A stretch of DNA of 64,000 nucleotides, taken from Eledone cirrhosa. Taxonomy: Eukaryota. The notes under the pieces are model-generated. The model was not told the origin of the DNA. It saw only the letters and a program-made list of their open reading frames with translations, and searched no databases. The stretch is taken from positions 19,158,001 to 19,222,000 of the forward strand of contig OZ024745.1 in NCBI GenBank assembly GCA_964016885.1, written 5' to 3'. Position numbers and translations under genes: made by a program. Each line of letters opens with the position of its first letter. The first letter of the stretch is position 1. Below are positions 54,201 through 64,000 of this stretch, piece after piece.

Positions 54201-57200
54201 GGGCTGGTCCCTTTTTGCCATGACACCCAGACAACCACTTTAGAGCATGGGCTGGGTCCTTTTTGCCATGACACCTAGACTACCACTTTACAATGTGGGC
54301 TGGGTCCTTTTTCGCCTTGACACCTAGACAACCACTTTACAGCATAGGCTGGGCACTTTTTGCCATGACACCTAGACAACCACTTTACAGCATGAGCTGG
54401 GTCCTTTTTGCCATGACACCTACACAACCACTTTACAGAGTGGGCTGGGTCCTTTTTTGCCATGACACCTAGACAACCACTTTACAGCATGGGCTGGGCC
54501 CTTTTTGCCATGACACCTAGACAACCACTTTACAGTGTGGGCTAGGTCCTTTTTGCCGTGAGACCAAGACAATCAATTTACAATGTGAGCTGGGTCCTTT
54601 TTTGCCATGACACCTAGACAACCATTTTACAGTGTGGGCTGGGTCCTTTTTTGTCATGACACCTAGACAACAACTTTACAGCATGGGCTCGGCTCTTTTT
54701 ACCATGACAGCTAGAGAACCACTTTACAGTGTGGGCTGGGCCCTATTAGCCATGACACCTAGACAACCACTTTACAGTGTGGGCTGGGTCCTTTTTTTGC
54801 CATGACACCTAGACAACCACTTTACAGTGTGGGCTGGGTCCTTTTTTGCCATGACACCTAGACAACCACTTTACAGCATGGGCTGGGTCCTTTTTTGCCA
54901 TGACACCTATACAACCACTTTACAGTGTGGGGTGGGTCCTTTTTTGCCATAACACCTAGACAACCACTTTACAGTGTGGGCTGGGTCCTTTTTTGCCATG
55001 ACACCTAGACAACCACTTTACAGCATGGGCTGGGCCCTTTTTGCCATGACACCTAGACAACCACTTTACAGCATGGGCTGGGTCCTTTTTGCCATGACAC
55101 CTACACAACCACTTTACAGTGTGGGCTGGGTCCTTTTTCGCCTTGACACCTAGACAACCACTTTACAGCATGGGCTGGGCACTTTTTGCCATGACACCTA
55201 GACAACCACTTTACAGCATGGGCTGGGTCCTTTTTGCCATGACACCTACACAACCACTTTACAGTGTGGGCTGGGGCCTTTTTTGCCATGACACCTAGAC
55301 AACCACTTTACAGCATGGGCTGGGCCCTTTTTGCCATGACACCCAGACAACCACTTTACAGTGTGGGCTGGGCCCTTTTTGCCATGACACCTAGACAACC
55401 ACTTTACAGTGTCGGCTGGGCCCTTTTTGCCATGACACCTAGACAACCAATTTACAGTGTGGGCTGGGGCCTTTTTTGCCATGACACCTAGACAACCACT
55501 TTACAGCATGGGCTGGGCCCTTTTTGCCATGACACCTATACAACCACTTTACAGTGTCGGCTGGGCCCTTTTTGCCATGACACCTAGACAACCACTTTAC
55601 AGCATGGGCTGGGTCCTTTTTGCCATGACACCTACACAACCACTTTACAGTGTGGGCTGGGGCCTTTTTTGCCATGACACCTAGACAACCACTTTACAGC
55701 ATGGGCTGGGCCCTTTTTGCCATGACACCTAGACAACCACTTTACAGTGTGGGCTGGACCCATATTGACATGACACCTAGACAACCACTTTACAGTGTGG
55801 GCTGGGTCCTTTTTTGCCATGACACCTAGACAACCACTTTACAGCATGGGCTGGGCCCTTTTTGCCATGACACCTAGACAACCACTTTACAGTGTGGGCT
55901 GGGCCCTTTTTGCCATGACACATAGACAACCACTTTACAGAATGGGCTGGGTAATTTTTGCCGTGACACCTAGACAACCACTTTACAGCATGGGCTGGGC
56001 CCTTTTTGCCATGACACCTAGACAACCACTTTACAGTGTGGGCTGGACCCATATTGACATGACACCTAGACAACCACTTTACAGTGTGGGCTGGGTACTT
56101 TTTTCCATGACACCTAGACAACCACTTTAGAGTGTGGGCTGGGCCCTTTTTGCCATGACACCTAGACAACCGCTTTACAGTGTGAGCTGGGTACTTTTTG
56201 CCATGACACCTAGACAACCACTTTACAGTGTGGGCTGGGCCCTTTTTGCCATGACACCTAGACAACCACTTTACAGTGTGAGCTGGGTACTTTTTGCCAT
56301 GACACCTAGACAACCACTTTACAGTGTGAGCTGGGTACTTTTTGCCATGACACCTAGACAACCACTTTACAGTGTGGGCTGGGCCCTTTTTGCCATGACA
56401 CCTAGACAACCACTTTACAGTGTGGGCTGGGTCCTTTTTTGCCATGACACCTAGACAACCACTTTACAGTGTGGGCTAGGTCCTTTTTGCCGTGAGACCG
56501 AGACAATCACTTTACAATGTGAGCTGGGTCCTTTTTTGCCATGACACCTAGACAACCATTTTACAGTGTGGGCTGTGTCCTTTTTTGCCATGACACCTAG
56601 ACAACAACTTTACAGCATGGGCTGGGCCCTTTTTGCCATGACAGCTAGAGAACCACTTTACAGTGTGGGCTGGGCCCTATTAGCCATGACACCTAGACAA
56701 CCACTTTACAGTGTGGGCTGGGTCCTTTTTTGCCATGACACCTAGACAACCACTTTACAGTGTGGGCTGGGTCCTTTTTTGCCATGACACCTAGACAACC
56801 ACTTTACAGCATGGGCTGGGCCCTTTTTGCCATGACACCTAGACAACCACTTTACAGCATGGGCTGGGTCCTTTTTGCCATGACACCTAGACAACCCCTT
56901 TAAAGTGTGGGCTGGGTCCTTTTTCGCCTTGACACCTAGACAACCACTTTACAGCATGGGCTGGGCACTTTTTGCCATGACACCTACACAACCACTTTAC
57001 AGCATGGGCTGGGCACTTTTTGCCATGACACCTAGACAACCACTTTACAGCATGGGCTGGGCCCTTTTTGCCATGACACCTAGACAACCACTTCACAGTG
57101 TGGGCTGGGCCCTTTTTGGCATGACACCTAGACAACCAATTTACAGTGTGGGCTGGGGCCTTTTTTGCCATGACACCTAGACAATCACTTTACAGCATGG

Positions 57201-60200
57201 GCTGGGCCCTTTTTGCCATGACACCTAGACAACCACTTTACAGTGTCGGCTGGGCCCTTTTTGCCATGACACCTAGACAACCAATTTACAGTGTGGGCTG
57301 GGGCCTTTTTTGCCATGACACCTAGACAACCACTTTACAGCATGGGCTGGGCCCTTTTTGCCATGACACCTAGACAACCACTTTACAGTGTCGGCTGGGC
57401 CCTTTTTGCCATGACACCTAGACAACCACTTTACAGCATGGGCTGGGTCCTTTTTGCCATGACACCTACACAACCACTTTACAGTGTGGGCTGGGGCCTT
57501 TTTTGCCATGACACCTAGACAACCACTTTACAGTGTGGGCTGGACCCATATTGACATGACACCTAGTCAACCACTTTACAGTGTGGACTGGGTCCTTTTT
57601 GCCATGACACCTACACAACCACTTTACAGTGTGGGCTGGGGCCTTTTTTGCCATGTCACCTAGACAACCACTTTACAGCATGGGCTGGGCTCTTTTTGCC
57701 ATGACACCTAGTCAACCACTTTACAGCGTGGACTGGGTTGTTTTTTGCCATGACACCTACACAACCACTTTACAGTGTGGGCTGGGCCCTTTTTGCCATG
57801 ACACCTAGACAACCACTTTACAGCATGGGCTGGGCCCTTTTTGCCATGACACCGAGACAACCACTTTACAGCATGGGCTGGGTCCTTTTTGCCATGACAC
57901 CTTGAAAACCACTTTACAGTGTGGGCTGGGTACTTTTTGCTGTGACACCTAGACAACCACTTTACAGCATGGGCTGGGTCCTTTTTTGCCATGGCACCTA
58001 GACAACCACTTTACAGTGTGGGCTGGGCCCTTTTTGCCATGGCACCTAGACAACCATTTTACAGTGTGGGCTGGGTACTTTTTGCCATGACACCTAGACA
58101 ACCACTTTACAGTGTGGGCTGGGTCCTTTTTTGCCATGACACCTAGACAACCACTTTACAGTGTGGGCTAGGTCCTTTTTGCCGTGAGACCGAGACAATC
58201 ACTTTACAGTGTGGGCTGGGTCCTTTTTTGCCATGACACCTAGACAACCATTTTACAGTGTGGGCTGGGTCCTTTTTTGCCATGACACCTAGACAAACAC
58301 TTTACAGTGTGGGCTGGGTCCTTTTTTGCCATGACACCTAGACAACCACTTTACAGTGTGGGCTGGGTCCTTTTTGTCATGACACCTAGACAACCACTTT
58401 ACAGTGTGGGCTGGGTACTTTTTTACCATGACACCTAGACAACCACTTTACCGCATGGGTTGGGCCCTTTTTGCCATGACACCCAGACAACCACTTTACA
58501 GTGTGGGCTGGGTACTTTTTGCCGTGACACCTAGACAACCACTTTACAGTGTGGGCATGGGTCCTTTTTTGCCATGACACCTAGACAACCACTTTACAGT
58601 GTGGGCTGGGTCTTTTTTTGCCATGACACCTAGATAACCACTTTACAGTGTGGGCTGGGTCCTTTTTTGCCATGAAACCTAGACAACCACTTTACAGTGT
58701 GGGCTGGGTCCTTTTTTTCCATGACACCTAGACAAAAACTTTACCGCATGGGCTGGGCCCTTTTTGCCATGACACCCAGACAACCATTTTAGATCATGGG
58801 CTGGGTCCTTTTTGCCATGACACCTAGACTACCACTTTACAATGTGGGCTGGGTCCTTTTTCGCCTTGACACCTAGACAACCATTTTACAGCATAGGCTG
58901 GGCACTTTTTGCCGTGACACCTAGACAACCACTTTACAGCATGGGCTGGGTCCTTTTTGCCATGACACCTAGACAACCACTTTACACTGTGGGCCTGGCC
59001 CTTTTTGCCATGACACCTAGACAACCACTTTACAGTATGGGCTGGGTACTTTTTACCATGACACCTAGACAACCACTTTACAGTGTGGGCTAGGTCCTTT
59101 TTGCCGTGAGACCGAGACAATCACTTTACAGTGTGGGCTGGGTACTTTTTTGCCATGACACCTAGACAACCACTTTACAGCGTGGGCTGGGTTCTTTTTT
59201 GCCATGACACCTAGACAACAACTTTACAGCATGGGCTGGGCCCTTTTTGCCATGACACCTAGACAACCACTTTACAGCATGGGCTGGGTCCTTTTTGCCA
59301 TGACACCTAGTCAACCACTTTACAGTGTGGGCTGGGTCCTTTTTTGCCATGACACCTAGACAACAACTTTACAGCATGGGCTGGGCCCTTTTTGCCATGA
59401 CACCTAGACAACCACTTTACAGTGTGGGCTGGGTACTTTTTTGCCATGATACCTAGACAACCACTTTACAGTGTGAGCTGGGTCCTTTTTGCCGTGAGAC
59501 TTAGACAACTACTTTACAGTGTGGGCTGGGTACTTTTTTGCAATGACACCTAGACACCCACTTTACCGTGTGGGCTGGGCCCTTTTTGCCATGACACCTA
59601 GACAACCACTTTACAGCATGGGCTGGGCCCTTTTTGCCATGACACCCAGACAACCACTTTACAGCATGGGCTGGATACTTTTTGCCATGACACCTAGAAA
59701 ACGACTTTACAGTGTGGGCTGGGTACTTTTTGCCATGACACCTAGACAACCACTTTACAGCATGGGCTGGGTCCTTTTTTGCCATGACACCTAGACAACC
59801 ACTTTACAGTGTGGGCTGGGCCCTTTTTGCCATGACACCTAGTCAACCACTATACAGTGTGGGCTGGGTACTTTTTGCCATGACACCTAGACAACCACTT
59901 TACAGTGTGGGCTGGGTCCTTTTTTGCCATGACACCTAGACAAACACTTTACAGTGTGGGCTGGATCCTTTTTTGCCATGACACATAGACAACCACTTTA
60001 CAGCATGGGCTGTTTACTTTTTGCCTTGACACCTAGACAACCACTTTATAGTGTGGGCTGGGTCCTTTTTGCCGTGACACCTAGACAACCACTTTACAGT
60101 GTGGGCTGGGTCCTTTTTGCCGTGACACCTAGACAACCACTTTACAGTGTGGGCTGGGTCTTTTTTTGCCATGACACCTAGACAACCACTTTACAGTGTG

Positions 60201-63200
60201 GGCTGGGTCCTTTTTTGCCATGAAACCTAGACAACCACTTTTCAGTGTGGGCTGGGTCCTTTTTTTCCATGACACCTAGACAACCACTTTACCACATGGG
60301 CTGGGCCCTTTTTGCCATGACACCCAGACAACCACTTTAGAGCATGGGCTGGGTCCTTTTTGCCATGACACCTAGACTACCACTTTACAATGTGGGCTGG
60401 GTCGTTTTTCGCCTTGACACCTAGACAACCACTTTACAGCATAGGCTGGGCACTTTTTGCCATGACACCTAGACAACCACTTTACAGCATGGGCTGGGTC
60501 CTTTTTGCCATGACACCTACACAACCACTTTACAGTGTGGGCTGGGTGCTGTTTTGCCATGACACCTAGACAACCACTTTACAGTGTGGGCTAGGTCCTT
60601 TTTGCCGTGAGACCGAGACAATCACTTTACAGTGTGGGCTGGGTCCTTTTTTGCCATGACACCTAGACAACCACTTTACAGTGTGGGCTGGGTACTTTTT
60701 GTCATGACACCTAGACAACCACTTTACAGTGTGGGCTGGGTACTTTTTTACCATGACACCTAGACAACCACTTTACCGCATGGGCTGGGCCCTTTTTGCC
60801 ATGACACCCAGACAACCACTTTACAGTGTGGGCTGGGTACTTTTTACCATGACACCTAGACAACCACTTTACAGTGTGGGCTAGGTCCCTTTTCCCGTGA
60901 GACCGAGACAATCACTTTACAGTGTGGGCTGGGTACTTTTTTGCCATGACACCTAGACAACCACTTTACAGTGTGGGCTGGGTTCTTTTTTGCCATGACA
61001 CCTAGACAACCACTTTACAGCATGGGCTGGGTCCTTTTTGCCATGACACCTAGTCAACCACTTTACAGTGTGGGCTGGGTCCTTTTTTGCCATGACACCT
61101 AGACACCCACTTTACCATGTGGGCTGGGCCCTTTTTGCCATGACACCTAGACAACCACTTTACAGCATGGGCTGGGCCCTTTTTGCCATGACACCCAGAC
61201 AACCACTTTACAGCATGGGCTGGATCCTTTTTGCCATGACACCTAAAAACGACTTTACAGTGTGGGCTGGGTACTTTTTGCCATGACACCTAGACAACCA
61301 CTTTACAGCATGGGCTGGGTCCTTTTTTGCCATGACACCTAGACAACCACTTTACAGTGTGGGCTGGGCCCTTTTTGCCATGACACCTAGACAACCACTA
61401 TACAGTGTGGGCTGGGTATTTTTGCCATGACACCTAGACAACCACTTTACAGTGTGGGCTGGGTCCTTTTTTGCCATGACACCTAGACAAACACTTTACA
61501 GTGTGGGCTGGATCCTTTTTTGCCATGACACATAGACAACCACTTTACAGCATGGGCTGGGTACTTTTTGCCATGACACCTAGACAACCACTTTACAGTG
61601 TGAGCTGGGTCTTTTTTGCCGTGAGACTTAGACAACTACTTTACAGTGTGGGCTGGGTACTTTTTTGCAATGACACCTAGACACCCACTTTACCGTGTGG
61701 GCTGGGCCCTTTTTGCCATGACACCTAGACAACCACTTTACAGCATGGGCTGGGCCCTTTTTGCCATGACGCCCAGACAACCACTTTACAGCATGGGCTG
61801 GATCCTTTTTGCCATGACACCTAGAAAACGACTTTACAGTGTGGGCTGGGTACTTTTTGCCATGACACCTAGGCAACCACTTTACAGCATGGGCTGGGTC
61901 CTTTTTTGACATGACACCTAGACAACCACTTTACAGTGTGGGCTGGGCCCTTTTTGCCATGACACCTAGACAACCACTATACAGTGTGGGCTGGGCATTT
62001 TTGCCATGACACCTAGACAACCACTTTACAGTGTGGGCTGGGTCCTTTTTTGCCATGACACCTAGACAAACACTTTACAGTGTGGGCTGGATCCTTTTTT
62101 GCCATGACACATAGACAACCACTTTACAGCATGGGCTGGGTACTTTTTGCCATGACACCTAGAGAACCACTTTACAGTGTGGGCTGGGTCCTTTTTGCCG
62201 TGACACCTAGACAACCACTTTACAGTGTGGGCTGGGTCCTTTTTGCCGTGACACCTAGACAACCACTTTACAGTGTGGGCTGGGTCTTTTTTTGCCATGA
62301 CACCTAGACAACCACTTTACAGTGTGGGCTGGGTCCTTTTTTGCCATGAAACCTAGACAACCACTTTTCAGTGTGGGCTGGGTCCTTTTTTTCCATGACA
62401 CCTAGACAACCACTTTACCACATGGGCTGGGCCCTTTTTGCCATGACACCCAGACAACCACTTTAGAGCATGGGCTGGGTCCTTTTTGCCATGACACCTA
62501 GACTACCACTTTACAATGTGGGCTGGGTCCTTTTTCGCCTTGACACCTAGACAACCACTTTACAGCATAGGCTGGGCACTTTTTGCCGTGACACCTAGAC
62601 AACCACTTTACAGCATTGGCTGGGTCCTTTTTGCCATGACACCTACACAACCACTTTACAGTGTGGGCTGGGTGCTTTTTTGCCATGACACCTAGACAAC
62701 CACTTTACAGTGTGGGCTAGGTCCTTTTTGCCGTGAGACCGAGACAATCACTTTACAGTGTGGGCTGGGTCCTTTTTTGCCATGACACCTAGACAACCAC
62801 TTTACAGTGTGGGCTGGGTACGTTTTGTCATGACACCTAGACAACCACTTTACAGTGTGGGCTGGGTACTTTTTTACCATGACACCTAGACAACCACATT
62901 ACCGCATGGGCTGGGCCCTTTTTGCCATGACACCCAGACAACCACTTTACAGTGTGGGCTGGGTACTTTTTGCCGTGACACCTAGACAACCACTTTACAG
63001 TGTGGGCTGGGTCCTTTTTTGCCATGACACCTAGACAACCACTTTACAGTGTGGGCTGGGTCTTTTTTTGCCATGACACCTAGATAACCACTTTACAGTG
63101 TGGGCTGGGTCCTTTTTTGCCATGAAACCTAGTAACCACTTTACAGTGTGGGCTGGGTCCTTTTTTTCCATGACACCTAGACAACCACTTTACCGCATGG

Positions 63201-64000
63201 GCTGGGCCCTTTTTGCCATGACACCCAGACAACCACTTTAGAGCATGGGCTGGGTCCTTTTTGCCATGACACCTAGACAACCACTTTACAGTGTGGGCCT
63301 GGCCCTTTTTGCCATGACACCTAGACAACCACTTTACAGTATGGGCTGGGTACTTTTTACCATGACACCTAGACAACCACTTTACAGTGTGGGCTAGGTC
63401 CTTTTTGCCGTGAGACCGAGACAATCACTTTACAGTGTGGGCTGGGTACTTTTTTGCCATGACACCTAGACAACCACTTTACAGTGTGGGCTGGGTTCTT
63501 TTTTGACATGACACCTAGACAACAACTTTACAGCATGGGCTGGGCCCTTTTTGCCATGACACCTAGACAACCACTTTACAGTGTGGGCTAGCTACTTTTT
63601 TGCCATGACACCTAGACAACCACTTTACAGTGTGAGCTGGGTCCTTTTTGCCATGAGACTTAGACAACTACTTTACAGTGTGGGCTGGGTACTTTTTTGC
63701 AATGACACCTAGACACCCACTTTACCATGTGGGCTGGGCCCTTTTTGCCATGACACCTAGACAACCACTTTACAGCATGGGCTGGGCCCTTTTTGCCATG
63801 ACACCCAGACAACCACTTTACAGCATGGGCTGGATCCTTTTTGCCATGACACCTAGAAAACGACTTTACAGTGTGGGCTGGGTACTTTTTGCCATGACAC
63901 CTAGACAACCACTTTACAGCATGGGCTGGGTCCTTTTTTGCCATGACACCTAGACAACCACTTTACAGTGTGGGCTGGGCCCTTTTTGCCATGACACCTA
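33200..64000. repeat. 48/49-bp satellite array, roughly 640 monomers, open at the window end
   Basis: Consensus gccatgacacctagacaaccactttacagtgtgggctgggtccttttt(t); copy number estimated as length divided by about 48.3. Confidence 0.98.

Noticed and set aside
33303-63953. Many ORFs such as (HGKKGPAHTVKWLSRC)n suggesting a His/Cys repeat protein
   Set aside because: They arise because 48 is divisible by 3; the T5/T6 variation shifts the frame constantly, so there is no sign of coding constraint.
33200-64000. CRISPR-like array
   Set aside because: Monomers are contiguous with no unique spacers, no cas genes are present, and the context is a eukaryotic intron.
33200-64000. G-quadruplex array or recursive splice sites
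   Set aside because: Only two GGG runs per monomer with ~40-nt gaps, and the acceptor-like AG is followed by TG or CA rather than GT.

Overview
Eukaryotic, AT-rich, repeat-dense DNA; the SINE/RTE repertoire suggests an octopus or other cephalopod, which is an inference. Positions 301-25787 hold 13 in-frame, phase-compatible GT-AG exons (2129 nt, about 709 codons) of a + strand cadherin: one partial and five full EC repeats, then a membrane-adjacent non-EC domain (Cadherin-23/Cad87A/PCDH15-like architecture). No start, transmembrane or cytoplasmic exon is visible. The introns carry decayed RTE and CR1/L2-type LINEs, tRNA-derived SINEs, a decayed mariner, MITEs and several minisatellites. After the last exon lie a ~6.3 kb AT-rich ~17-bp minisatellite and a >30 kb array of a 48/49-bp monomer that runs off the window end. 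The main observation is that this monomer is a short repeat from the RTE LINE 3' UTR, the array grows directly out of one such copy, the same unit shows smaller expansions elsewhere in the window, and the array has nested higher-order periods (about 1.26, 1.74, 2.1, 5.31 and 7.25 kb). ORF-track ORFs inside the repeats are treated as spurious.
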